Notes under the pieces: generated by a model
Told to the model about the DNA's origin: nothing
Seen by the model: only the letters and a program-made list of their open reading frames with translations
Database searches by the model: none
NCBI GenBank assembly: GCA_030833525.1
Contig: JAURGZ010000004.1
Span: forward strand, 8,019 to 72,018
Origin: Bacteroidota bacterium
Lineage (GTDB): Bacteria; Bacteroidota; Bacteroidia; NS11-12g; UBA955
Direction of reading: 5' to 3'
DNA: 64,000 nucleotides
Translations under genes and position numbers: made by a program
Shown here: positions 19,040 to 28,936 of the stretch, one piece after another
Layout of the letters: each line of letters opens with the position of its first letter
How positions within the stretch are numbered: position 1 is the stretch's first letter

Positions 19040-22000
19040 ATGCCTCAGTTTTCCCATTTACACGTACACACGCAGTATTCCTTGCTGGATGGTGCTGCGA
19101 ACATTCGCAAGTTAATTTCAAAGGCAAAAAACGATGAAATGAGAGCGGTGGCCATTACTGACCACGGCAACATGTTTGGTGCCTTTGAGTTTTACCAAGA
19201 GGCCAAGTCGCAGGGAATCATGCCCGTCATTGGCTGTGAATTTTATTTGGTAGAAGATCGGCACCAGAAAACCTTTTCTCAAGGTCAAAAAGACAAACGA
19301 TACCACCAGTTGCTGTTGGCCAAAAACCAGCAAGGGTATGAAAATCTGGCCAAGCTCTGTTCCCTGGGTTACCTCGAAGGGTATTACAGCAAGTATCCCC
19401 GAATCGACAAGGCCTTGCTGAAGCAGTACAAAGAAGGACTTATTGCTACCTCGTGCTGCATTGGAGCCGAAATTCCACAAGCCATTTTATGGAAAGGAAT
19501 AGAGGCTGCCGAAGAACTCTTCAAAGAGTGGCATGAGATGTTCGGCGATGATTTTTATGTGGAATTGCAGCGCCATCACTTGTGCAACCTGGATGGAACG
19601 GGAATTGACCAAGAAGATATCAATCAAACCCTGATTGGTTGGGCCCGCAAGTATCAGGTTCCCATCATCGCGACCAACGACTCCCATTACATCGAGAAAA
19701 TCGATGCCAATGCCCACGACATTCTCTTGTGCATCAATACGGGTGAGTTTCAATCTACCCCGAAGGCCACGAATGAGGAAAGCGGCCGGGGATACCGTTT
19801 TGCCTTTCCCAACGACGAGTTCTTTTTCAAGACCCAGTCTGAGATGGAGCATTTGTTTTCAGACATTCCAGAGGCCTTGGACAACACCAATCGCTTATTG
19901 GATAGCATTGTAATGCCCCAACTGGCAAGGGACATTGTTTTGCCGAATTACGCGCTTCCCGAAGGGTTTGAGAATCAGAACCAATACCTGGAGCATTTGG
20001 CTAGGCAGGGGGCTCGCAAAAAATACGGAGGAGTCATTCCCCAAAACGTAGAGGAACGACTCCAATTCGAATTGGGAACCATCACCCAGAGCGGTTATGC
20101 AGGGTACTTTTTGATTGTTCAAGATTTTACCACGGCCGCGCGCGAAATGGGGGTTTGGGTGGGCCCAGGCCGGGGTTCAGCCGCCGGATCCTTGGTAGCC
20201 TATTGTTTGGGCATAACCAACGTGGATCCTGTCAAGTACGACTTGCTGTTTGAGCGTTTCTTGAATCCTGAACGGGTGAGCATGCCTGACGTTGATATCG
20301 ATTTCGATGACGTAGGTCGTGACAAAGTCATTGATTATGTTGCCAAGAAATACGGGGAGCGCCGCATTGCCCAAATTGTCACTTATGGCACCATGGCCGC
20401 GAAAAGTGCCATACGAGATGTGGGAAGGGTATTGGAATATCCGCTGCCTGAAACCGACCGTCTGGCTAAACTCATACCGGGAAGTTTGGGTTTCAAGCAT
20501 TTGCTGCACACCTCGCCCGAAGAATTGGCCAAAGACGACTCCAAGAACCTCAAGACCGAAGAAATCGAGCAAATACGCGAGTTGCAACGGGTGTATTCAG
20601 GCTCTGATACCGCGGCCCAGGTATTGAAAGATGCTGAAAAACTCGAAGGCAGCGTGCGCAACACCGGGGTTCACGCCTGTGGCATCATCATTGCCCCCAA
20701 AGACATTGACGAGGTGGTGCCTGTGGCCAGAAGCAAAGACTCCCCTTGGATGCAGGTTCAATACGACGTGAACCAGATTGAAAAGGCGGGCTTGCTCAAA
20801 ATGGACTTTTTGGGATTGAGCACTTTGACCATTCTTAAGGATGCCATCGATTTGATCAAATCCAAACACGGGGTCGAAATTGTGTTGGACGACATTCCCC
20901 TTGATGACGCTAAAACATACGAGCTGTTTCAACGGGGAGAAACCAACGGCATCTTCCAGTTTGAAAGCCCTGGTATGCAGAAGTACATGCGCGAACTTCA
21001 GCCCACCCAATTTGGTGACTTGATCGCCATGAATGCCCTGTATCGCCCCGGTCCCCTGAAATACATTCCCGACTTCATCGATCGAAAACACGGCCGCAAA
21101 CCCGTTGAGTTCGACCTGCCTGAAATGGAGGGGTACTTGAAGGAAACCTATGGCATTACGGTATACCAGGAGCAGGTCATGCTTTTGAGTCAGGTACTGG
21201 CCGGTTTTTCCAAAGGGAAGGCCGATGCCCTTCGAAAGGCCATGGGTAAAAAGAACAAGAGCATCATCGATGAATTGAAAACCGAATTCATGGAAGGAGC
21301 GACGGCGAAAGGTTATCCCGAGAAGGTGCTGGAGAAAATCTACTCAGACTGGGAAGAATTCGCCCAGTATGCCTTCAATAAATCGCATTCTACCTGCTAC
21401 GCCGTTATCGCCTTTCATACGGCTTATTTGAAGACCCATTACCCCGCTGAATTCATGGCAGCAGTGCTGAAGAGCAACATGGGTGACATCAAAAAAATCA
21501 CCTTTTACATGGAAGAAGCCCAGCGAATGGGCATCAAAGTTTTGGGGCCCGACCTGAACGAAAGCCGATCGGTTTTCACGGTGACTTCGAGTGGGGAGAT
21601 TCGCTTTGGATTGAGTGCCGTAAAGGGAGTGGGTGAAGGCGCGGTTGAAGAAATATTGCAAGAACGCGATAAAAATGGCGAGTTCGCGTCCATCTTCGAT
21701 TTGGTATCTCGCGTAAACCTGCGCAGTGTCAATAAGAAAAACTTGGAATCCATGGCCAAAGCAGGTGTGTTTGACTTCGATAAGCGCTACCACCGGGCTC
21801 AATACATATTGGCTGACTCAGAGGGTCGACTGGGGCTGGAATTGGCCATTCGGTACGGACAGAAAATCCAGGCCGACAAAATCAGCGGCCAAACCTCCTT
21901 GTTTGGAGCCGCATTTGGAGATTCAACCCAAGAAAGCGAACCCAAATTGCCCAACATAGCCCCGTATTCCTTGCTCGATGAACTCAAGCTGGAAGAAGAA

Positions 22001-22642
22001 GTCATTGGCATTTTCTTGTCCCGGCACCCGCTCGATGACTTTAAGTTCATGTATAATACCTTGACAACTACTTCCTTGAAAGGTTTAGCTGAGGCTCAGC
22101 AAGGCACTGTCAATCAAAACTTTGTTGTCATGGGAATTGTGACCCAGTCTAAGGAATTCATTTCTCAGAAAGGCATGCCTTACGGCCGTTTTACCTTGAT
22201 GGATTACAGCGGTTCTACGGAATTGGCTCTGTTTCGAGATACCTATATCAAGAACAAAGCCTTGATGGCCAAAGATTACATCTTGATCATCTCAGGGAGC
22301 TTGGAATACAACGAGCAAAAAGGAGAAATGCGCACCCAGATTCAGCAATTGACCTTAGCCTCAGATGTGCCGCCTGAACGCATTGTGGGCAACATTCATT
22401 TGGAATTGCTTCCCTCTGATTTGATCAATGGGAAATACCACATCATCAAAGAGATGGCAGAAGCCTATCCAGGGACCTGCAAAATGTGGGTGAAGTTCTA
22501 CGATCCGGTAGAGAACTACGATGTAGCGATGGTCTCTACAGGTGGATTGCGTATTTGCGATGAATTATTGCAGAGTCTAGAAGACATGGAAATCACCTAC
22601 CGATTGCAGGTGGATCCCCGCATATTGAAAACCACCGCATGA
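19040..22642 (+). CDS. dnaE: DNA polymerase III subunit alpha
   Basis: ORF 18980..22642, with the true start MPQFSHLHVHTQYSLLDGA (PHP domain) at 19040. It has the polymerase core, an OB fold and a C-terminal region. Confidence 0.95.
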   Translation: MPQFSHLHVHTQYSLLDGAANIRKLISKAKNDEMRAVAITDHGNMFGAFEFYQEAKSQGIMPVIGCEFYLVEDRHQKTFSQGQKDKRYHQLLLAKNQQGYENLAKLCSLGYLEGYYSKYPRIDKALLKQYKEGLIATSCCIGAEIPQAILWKGIEAAEELFKEWHEMFGDDFYVELQRHHLCNLDGTGIDQEDINQTLIGWARKYQVPIIATNDSHYIEKIDANAHDILLCINTGEFQSTPKATNEESGRGYRFAFPNDEFFFKTQSEMEHLFSDIPEALDNTNRLLDSIVMPQLARDIVLPNYALPEGFENQNQYLEHLARQGARKKYGGVIPQNVEERLQFELGTITQSGYAGYFLIVQDFTTAAREMGVWVGPGRGSAAGSLVAYCLGITNVDPVKYDLLFERFLNPERVSMPDVDIDFDDVGRDKVIDYVAKKYGERRIAQIVTYGTMAAKSAIRDVGRVLEYPLPETDRLAKLIPGSLGFKHLLHTSPEELAKDDSKNLKTEEIEQIRELQRVYSGSDTAAQVLKDAEKLEGSVRNTGVHACGIIIAPKDIDEVVPVARSKDSPWMQVQYDVNQIEKAGLLKMDFLGLSTLTILKDAIDLIKSKHGVEIVLDDIPLDDAKTYELFQRGETNGIFQFESPGMQKYMRELQPTQFGDLIAMNALYRPGPLKYIPDFIDRKHGRKPVEFDLPEMEGYLKETYGITVYQEQVMLLSQVLAGFSKGKADALRKAMGKKNKSIIDELKTEFMEGATAKGYPEKVLEKIYSDWEEFAQYAFNKSHSTCYAVIAFHTAYLKTHYPAEFMAAVLKSNMGDIKKITFYMEEAQRMGIKVLGPDLNESRSVFTVTSSGEIRFGLSAVKGVGEGAVEEILQERDKNGEFASIFDLVSRVNLRSVNKKNLESMAKAGVFDFDKRYHRAQYILADSEGRLGLELAIRYGQKIQADKISGQTSLFGAAFGDSTQESEPKLPNIAPYSLLDELKLEEEVIGIFLSRHPLDDFKFMYNTLTTTSLKGLAEAQQGTVNQNFVVMGIVTQSKEFISQKGMPYGRFTLMDYSGSTELALFRDTYIKNKALMAKDYILIISGSLEYNEQKGEMRTQIQQLTLASDVPPERIVGNIHLELLPSDLINGKYHIIKEMAEAYPGTCKMWVKFYDPVENYDVAMVSTGGLRICDELLQSLEDMEITYRLQVDPRILKTTA

Positions 22643-23526
22643 TTGTAGAGGGTTTTGCCATAGCGCGCAACGTGTTAAGGGCTGATTATCCGATTCAAGA
22701 GTCCCTGGAGTCCATTGCGCCCTTGTGCAGCCGCATTTCTGTGGCGGTAGGCCAATCTGACGATGGAACCCTGGAATTTTTGCAAAATCTGAAACACCTG
22801 TCTCTGAATCTGCACCAAACCCAATGGGATGAAACTTTGCGCACAGGAGGCCGTGTTCTGGCCGAAGAAACCAACAAGGCCAAATCATTGGTTTCTCCCG
22901 AGGCTGATTGGCTCATCTATATCCAAGCTGACGAATGCTTGCACCAGGACGATTATTCGCTGCTGCAGGCTGCTATGCGGCATTACCAAGACAGAGAAGA
23001 AATAGATGCCTTGTTGTTGAACTATCGTCATTTCTATGGATCCTATGCCTTTGAGGGAGATAGCCGGCGGTGGTATCGCAAAGAAATTCGCATCATCAAG
23101 AACAGGCCCGCTATATTTTCTTGGAAAGACGCTCAGGGATTTCGCAAACTACCCGCCCAAAAATTGCGGGTAGCCGAGGTGAACGCTACGGTCTTTCACT
23201 ACGGTTGGGTCAAAAACCCCGTACAGCAACAAATCAAGCAAAACCAATTTCACCGGCTCTGGCACAGCGACACAGAAGTCGCCAAACGAGTGGGCAGTCA
23301 GGCCCAGTTCGATTACAGTGAAATTGACTCCTTGCAGCTTTTTTCGGGGACCCATCCAGCGGTTATGGAAAAACGCATGGCCCGTATGGATTGGGAATTC
23401 ACAGCGCCGCTCGGCCGCAAAAACATGAACCTAAAAGACCGTGTGTTGCACGGGTTTGAAAAGATGACGGGAATTCGAGTGGGAGAGTACCGAAACTACA
23501 TTCGGGTAGACCGTTTTCAGCCTTAG
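22639..23526 (+). CDS. Putative glycosyltransferase family 2-like protein
   Basis: 295 aa with ATGA overlap with dnaE stop; weak GT-A fold-like features (acidic QADE motif); family assignment tentative. Confidence 0.45.
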   Translation: MIVEGFAIARNVLRADYPIQESLESIAPLCSRISVAVGQSDDGTLEFLQNLKHLSLNLHQTQWDETLRTGGRVLAEETNKAKSLVSPEADWLIYIQADECLHQDDYSLLQAAMRHYQDREEIDALLLNYRHFYGSYAFEGDSRRWYRKEIRIIKNRPAIFSWKDAQGFRKLPAQKLRVAEVNATVFHYGWVKNPVQQQIKQNQFHRLWHSDTEVAKRVGSQAQFDYSEIDSLQLFSGTHPAVMEKRMARMDWEFTAPLGRKNMNLKDRVLHGFEKMTGIRVGEYRNYIRVDRFQP

Positions 23527-24230
23527 GGCTGAGAATCCAGATGGGCGAATTTGTAACCCACCCCTCGCAAACTCAAGAAATAGGTGGGATTCTTGGGATC
23601 AGACTCAAAATACTTGCGAAACGCCAAGATGAAGTTGTCAATGGTTCGAGTAGATGGGAAAACGGTATAGCCCCAAACGGTTTTGAGAATTTCTTCCCGG
23701 GTCACCACCTCATTTTTTTTCTCAATGAGCAGTTTCAGCAATTGAGATTCTTTCTTGGTCAACTTGAATTTGCCCTGAACACCCACTGCTGCATACGATG
23801 AGAAATCCACGAAATTATTGCCAAAACTATATTCAGTCAGGGTCAAACGAGTGCTGTCTTTTTGGGTTCGGCGAATCAATTTATCGACCCTGAGCAACAA
23901 CTCTTCCAGCTCAAATGGCTTGGCTAAGTAGTCGTCTGCCCCTGATTTCAAGCCTTTGATGCGGTCCTGACTCTGATTCGATGCCGACAAAATCATGATG
24001 GGAATGTCATTGTTGGTCAATCGAACGTGTTGGATGGCCGTGAAACCATCCATTTTGGGCATCATGATGTCCATGATTACCAAGTCGAAACTTTCTGATT
24101 TGAGTTTCTGAATCGCCACAGCTCCGTGTGGGGCCGTAGCTACCTTGTATCCCTCTATCTCTAGATTCAGCTTCAAAAGTTCAGCCAAATCCATCTCATC
24201 TTCCACCACTAATACTCGGTAGCTTTTCAT
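23523..24230 (-). CDS. OmpR-family response regulator (receiver plus winged-helix DNA-binding domain)
   Basis: VLVVEDE...DLVIMDIMMPKMDG receiver motifs; C-terminal trans_reg_C (VTREEILKTVWGY). Confidence 0.88.
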   Translation of the reverse strand: MKSYRVLVVEDEMDLAELLKLNLEIEGYKVATAPHGAVAIQKLKSESFDLVIMDIMMPKMDGFTAIQHVRLTNNDIPIMILSASNQSQDRIKGLKSGADDYLAKPFELEELLLRVDKLIRRTQKDSTRLTLTEYSFGNNFVDFSSYAAVGVQGKFKLTKKESQLLKLLIEKKNEVVTREEILKTVWGYTVFPSTRTIDNFILAFRKYFESDPKNPTYFLSLRGVGYKFAHLDSQP

Positions 24231-25384
24231 TCCATTCTAAAATCTTGAAGTTTAAATGCCAATCCAATGGATGTTCCTCGTGGTTGATGGTCTTCAATCA
24301 GAAGCTTGGCGCCGTGCAAACGAGCGATTTGGTTAACCAAATACAAGCCCAAGCCGGTTCCTTGTTGAGCTCGAGTATGTTCATCTCCAACCCTATAAAA
24401 CTTCTTCACTACCATCTTTCTTTCAGACCCTGCAATTCCGTATCCTTGGTCTATGACCCAGATAAAACCGAAATCGTTGCCTAGTTTGGATTCAATATTG
24501 ATAATAACGCAGTTTTCCTCACTATATTTTATTGAATTGCTAATCAAGTTCTGAATGGCTGTGGCCAACATGTTCATTTCTCCAAATACGTACAGATTGC
24601 TGGGGACATCAACCGATAGATTTTGTAGGCTCTCGGGATTCACCTGCGCCTGATTCAGGGCTTCGTTTATCACATCGCTGACGGCGATCCACTCGCGCTC
24701 AATCGCAAATACTTTGTTTTCGATGCGCGTGGCCAGTAAGACCTTGTCCATGGTTTTGGCTAAGCGATTCATGTTTTGCTTAGACAAAACCAGCATGCGC
24801 TCATTCACCTCTTTCTCGGGGCGTTTCAATGCCGTTTCGATGGCGAGTTTAGCGGCGGCAATGGGAGTTTTCAACTCGTGCGTTACAGCGAGTAGAAAGT
24901 TGGTTTGTTGTTGATTGAGCCTCAGAATGTTGTTGAGATTGCTCCAGAGCACAATCAAAATGCCAATAAGCAAAGCACCCAAGGTCATTCCCTCGGCCAG
25001 CCACTTGGTTTTGTTGCTCTTTTTTCGCTGTTCTATGTTCTGAATTTCTTCTTGAAATCCTTGAATCGACAAACGACCTTGGTCATCGGCCTGAACCCGC
25101 AGATGATGTTCGTTGTCATTCAAGTCTCCCAGCAATTGAGCGGTGTGGCAGGTATAGGTCGAATTTTTCCATTGCACAGCATCTTGGCCGGGGTAGGCCT
25201 GGGTGCGCAACAACAATTCCAACCGAGTTTCTACGTGCGCCAGATCACGGTTGAGCCAAGACTGCTCCAAGGCCACCGTTTTCTGCCCATACGCAATCAA
25301 GGACCAGGTCCACCATATAACGGCGAGAATCAAATAGGCCGTTACCAGCATCATTCCAATTTGGAGGCTTCTCTTGGATCGCAT
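24227..25384 (-). CDS. Sensor histidine kinase (partner of the OmpR-family regulator)
   Basis: Two TM segments, HisKA H-box (VTHELKTPIAA), HATPase_c G-boxes (DQGYGI, GTGLGL); 4-nt overlap with RR gene. Confidence 0.85.
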   Translation of the reverse strand: MRSKRSLQIGMMLVTAYLILAVIWWTWSLIAYGQKTVALEQSWLNRDLAHVETRLELLLRTQAYPGQDAVQWKNSTYTCHTAQLLGDLNDNEHHLRVQADDQGRLSIQGFQEEIQNIEQRKKSNKTKWLAEGMTLGALLIGILIVLWSNLNNILRLNQQQTNFLLAVTHELKTPIAAAKLAIETALKRPEKEVNERMLVLSKQNMNRLAKTMDKVLLATRIENKVFAIEREWIAVSDVINEALNQAQVNPESLQNLSVDVPSNLYVFGEMNMLATAIQNLISNSIKYSEENCVIINIESKLGNDFGFIWVIDQGYGIAGSERKMVVKKFYRVGDEHTRAQQGTGLGLYLVNQIARLHGAKLLIEDHQPRGTSIGLAFKLQDFRME

Positions 25385-25457
25385 GATGCAAATATCGTTC
25401 GGCTGCTGTTGATATCTGTATATACAGAATTTGGGTAGAAGGTGTCAACTTAGCAGC

Positions 25458-26843
25458 ATGCATTCTTCTTTAGCCCATTTGTTGGAAATGACCTTGCCTG
25501 CAGGGTCCTTCAGTTTTGATGCAGCCGTTCGAAACGAAAATGGACAAGATTATACCGAAGATTTTGTGTTTTTACCCGAGGCCGTGGCTTGGCCCACAGC
25601 TGCAACTGAGGTTGCCGCTTTGTTAAAAGGATGCCAAGACTTGGAGATTCCCGTCTATACCCGTGGGGCGGGGACAGGCCTCTCAGGCGGCTGTTTGCCT
25701 GTTCACGGCGGATTGTTGATTTCCATGAAGCGCATGAATGCGGTGTTGGAAATTGACGATAAAAATGCTCAAGCGCGGGTTCAACCTGGCGTGATCAATG
25801 CGGTCTTGAAGCAACATGCACTTGAAAAAGGCCTTTGGTATGCCCCTGATCCAGCCAGTTTTGAAAGCAGCACCATAGGTGGAAACATCGCTCATGGAGC
25901 CGGTGGTCCCAAAGCCGTGAAATACGGTACGACTCGAGAACACATTTTGAACCTTCAGGTGGCTTTGCCCAACGGAGAATTGATTTGGACCGGGTCTGAT
26001 ACCCTGAAAAACGCCACGGGGTTTTCCCTAACCCAGCTCATGGTGGGGTCTGAAGGCCTATTGGGAATTGTAACCGAAGCGGTTGTCAAACTGCTGCGCA
26101 AACCGGCTCATGAACAATTGATGCTGGCCGCTTTCACAAGCGCTAGAGCCGCAGCAGAGTCGGTCAACTCCATTATAAACGAATCGCCCTATTTGCCATC
26201 GGCCTTGGAGTTGATGGAAAAGTCAGCCGTTGAAATCAGCAAAGAAGCGACCCAAACGGCATTTCCAACGCACGAACAAGCCGCTTTTTACCTGTTGATT
26301 TGCCTAGAAGGAGAGCAGCCTGCCGAATTAGAAGCGCAAGCTGAACAGCTGTTTGCTTACCTCGATCAATCGGGTGCACTCGAGGTGTGGATACCGGCCA
26401 GTCAAGAGCATCAAAACAATTGGTGGAAAGTGCGAAGAGCCATGGGAGAGGCCGTTAAGCAAATTTCAGTGTACAAAGAGGAAGATGCGGTCGTCCCCCG
26501 TTCCAAGATGCCTGAATTGTTGGAAGGATTGGAGCAACTTCAAAGGTCTTACGGGTTTCAATCGGTGTGCTACGGTCATGCCGGCGATGGAAATTTGCAC
26601 ATCAACATTCTTAAATCGCATTTAAGTGATGAAGAATGGAAAAACGAGATACCTAAAGCGATTAGGGAACTGTTTAAGCTATGCAAAACCCTAGGGGGGA
26701 CGCTCAGCGGTGAACACGGGGTGGGCCTGGTTCAAGCCCCGTATCTCCAAGAAGCCGTGGGTGCCGTGAACATGGAATTGATGCGCGGTATCAAAAAAGT
26801 ATTCGACCCCAAAGGCATTCTCAACCCCGGCAAATGGCTCTAA
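25458..26843 (+). CDS. FAD-binding oxidoreductase (GlcD / D-lactate dehydrogenase family)
   Basis: FAD_binding_4 region (YTRGAGTGLSGG) and a C-terminal FAD-oxidase domain. The start is taken at the ATG at 25458, leaving an intergenic region after the divergent kinase. Confidence 0.85.
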   Translation: MHSSLAHLLEMTLPAGSFSFDAAVRNENGQDYTEDFVFLPEAVAWPTAATEVAALLKGCQDLEIPVYTRGAGTGLSGGCLPVHGGLLISMKRMNAVLEIDDKNAQARVQPGVINAVLKQHALEKGLWYAPDPASFESSTIGGNIAHGAGGPKAVKYGTTREHILNLQVALPNGELIWTGSDTLKNATGFSLTQLMVGSEGLLGIVTEAVVKLLRKPAHEQLMLAAFTSARAAAESVNSIINESPYLPSALELMEKSAVEISKEATQTAFPTHEQAAFYLLICLEGEQPAELEAQAEQLFAYLDQSGALEVWIPASQEHQNNWWKVRRAMGEAVKQISVYKEEDAVVPRSKMPELLEGLEQLQRSYGFQSVCYGHAGDGNLHINILKSHLSDEEWKNEIPKAIRELFKLCKTLGGTLSGEHGVGLVQAPYLQEAVGAVNMELMRGIKKVFDPKGILNPGKWL

Positions 26844-27136
26844 GAAGATGCATGCAAGATGTTGAAGGATGCTGCCTGCGGTCTCTGATCAAATAGAACC
26901 TTGGTTTTCGCCCAGGTCTCTTGAAAAAGCGCTGATGCTCTGTATGCGTTCAAATGCTCCTCTGACTTCCAAAAAGACAGGGTTTGAATGGAGCAATCGT
27001 CATCGACATCTTGCAGCAGTCGCAAGGATTCACATCCATTGAATGCCCGAATGGCATCTTTGCTGGCTTCGAAAACGGCTAAAAATTCAGAAACCGATTC
27101 GGGTTTGAAATGCATGCGAACTATGCGTATGATCAT
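26840..27136 (-). CDS. Antibiotic biosynthesis monooxygenase (ABM) family protein
   Basis: 98 aa, ferredoxin-like ABM fold signature (IVRMHFKPE...FWKSEEHLNAYRAS). Confidence 0.7.
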   Translation of the reverse strand: MIIRIVRMHFKPESVSEFLAVFEASKDAIRAFNGCESLRLLQDVDDDCSIQTLSFWKSEEHLNAYRASALFQETWAKTKVLFDQRPQAASFNILHASS

Positions 27137-27930
27137 TCTTCTGAGAAATCTAATAACAACATTTTTCCTTCGTTCAAGGCCAAGTATTGCTGAGCAGAAC
27201 CCGCATTTACGGCAACTTGCATGAGGTCACCTAAGCCAAACAGCAATACAGCTTCTCCTTCTACTACATCATCGTAGTGATTGGAAACGCGATCCAAGTG
27301 AATCGAGTCACTTCTCAGAACGAAACGCTTGCCCCGGGTATAATGATCAAAGGCTGCTCGATCAAAATTCAGGTAGGCGTTTCCATGGCTATCGTTGTAC
27401 AGGACCGTAAGGCGAAGGGTGGTTCCAGAAAGGGTAGGCGCCAGCAAATTGGTGCTGACAATGTGGTCCTTGGGCTCAAACAAGTCATTCAAATTCCCAC
27501 TTTGGGCTACAATCTGAGTCAAAGCAGGCAAATAAACACTGGTCAAGGGGTCTGCAAAGGGTTCGACCACCGGCAAGCGATAATACTCGCTAAAGTCAGC
27601 CCCGAACAACAAGGTTAACAGGCCATTGTCAGGAGCTAAAAACAGCTGACCCTCGTTCCAAGCGGCCACAAACCGTTTGGGTTGCCGAGATTGGGTGCGA
27701 AAATGACAGAGGTGAATGGTTCCATTAGGGAAGTGGTTTTTGACCAATCGCAAGAAGATCGATTGAGCTTGCACATGGCCTTTCTTCATCGGTTGAGGAC
27801 TCAAAGCCAGGCGATGCTCGGGGAATAGATGCAGCAACTGAGCTTGTGCAACGGTGTATTCTGGGCTGTTGACACCAAAATCACACAAAAGATGCAAAAG
27901 TTTACCTGCTTGTTGCTGCCCTTCCCGCAT
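27133..27930 (-). CDS. SAM hydroxide adenosyltransferase (DUF62; fluorinase/chlorinase-like)
   Basis: 265 aa with N-domain motif (LAPDNGLLTLL) and C-terminal beta-domain; 4-nt overlap with downstream ABM gene. Confidence 0.7.
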   Translation of the reverse strand: MREGQQQAGKLLHLLCDFGVNSPEYTVAQAQLLHLFPEHRLALSPQPMKKGHVQAQSIFLRLVKNHFPNGTIHLCHFRTQSRQPKRFVAAWNEGQLFLAPDNGLLTLLFGADFSEYYRLPVVEPFADPLTSVYLPALTQIVAQSGNLNDLFEPKDHIVSTNLLAPTLSGTTLRLTVLYNDSHGNAYLNFDRAAFDHYTRGKRFVLRSDSIHLDRVSNHYDDVVEGEAVLLFGLGDLMQVAVNAGSAQQYLALNEGKMLLLDFSEE

Positions 27931-27932
27931 AT

Positions 27933-28934
27933 TTGTACAAAATAACAGCAGTTCCCTTGGCAGAGAGCGTTTACAACCTTGAAATTATCAACCCTTTGGA
28001 TTTTTACGGTCCTGAAAACCGCAATCTTGATCTGATAAAATCCAAATTCCCCAAGCTTCAATTCGTGGCCCGCGGGGATGAAATCAAAGTATTTGGCGAT
28101 GACCAATCCCTACAACACTTCGAAGAAAAGATGCGTCTGTTGGAAAAATTGTACATACGAAGGGGAGAGTTGAGCGAACATGCTATTTCTGACATTCTGG
28201 GTGATTTAGCGCCCGAAGAAGTTCACGAAAATGGGGAATTAGCCGGGGAAGAGGTGCTGCTCATTGGTACCCGCGGTCAGAAAATCAAAGCCCGCACCAA
28301 AAATCAGCGCAAATTGGTGGAGGCGGCCCGTAAAAACGACATCGTTTTTGCCATGGGCCCGGCGGGTACGGGTAAGACCTATACGGCGGTAGCCATGGCG
28401 GTGTTGGCCTTGAAGGAACGTCAAATCAAACGCATCATCCTCACCCGACCTGCAGTAGAAGCCGGCGAGAATCTGGGTTTTCTGCCCGGTGATTTGAAAG
28501 AGAAAATCGACCCCTATTTGCGCCCTCTATACGACGCATTGGAAGACATGATTCCGAGTGACAAACTCAAGAGCATGATCGAAAGCCGCACCGTAGAGAT
28601 CGCCCCGCTGGCCTTCATGCGCGGGCGCACCTTGGACAATTGCTTCGTCATTTTGGATGAGGCTCAAAACAGCACGAATCTTCAGATCAAAATGTTCTTA
28701 ACCCGCATGGGGCCACATGCGAAAATGATCATCACCGGTGATATGACGCAGATTGACCTACCCAAAAAGAGCCAGAGCGGGCTAGGGAAAGCCATACGAC
28801 TCCTTAGGCCCATCAAAGGAATTGGCGTGATCGAACTGGATACCGAAGACGTAGTTCGGCACAAACTTGTCAAGGATATTATTCATGCCTACGACAAGGA
28901 TGCGGCATGTGAACAAGATTCTGCACAGGCATAG
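27933..28934 (+). CDS. PhoH family ATPase
   Basis: Walker A (GPAGTGKTYTAVA), PhoH signature (ILTRPAVEAGENLGFLPGDLKEKIDPYLRPLYDAL). Confidence 0.9.
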   Translation: MYKITAVPLAESVYNLEIINPLDFYGPENRNLDLIKSKFPKLQFVARGDEIKVFGDDQSLQHFEEKMRLLEKLYIRRGELSEHAISDILGDLAPEEVHENGELAGEEVLLIGTRGQKIKARTKNQRKLVEAARKNDIVFAMGPAGTGKTYTAVAMAVLALKERQIKRIILTRPAVEAGENLGFLPGDLKEKIDPYLRPLYDALEDMIPSDKLKSMIESRTVEIAPLAFMRGRTLDNCFVILDEAQNSTNLQIKMFLTRMGPHAKMIITGDMTQIDLPKKSQSGLGKAIRLLRPIKGIGVIELDTEDVVRHKLVKDIIHAYDKDAACEQDSAQA

Positions 28935-28936
28935 GA

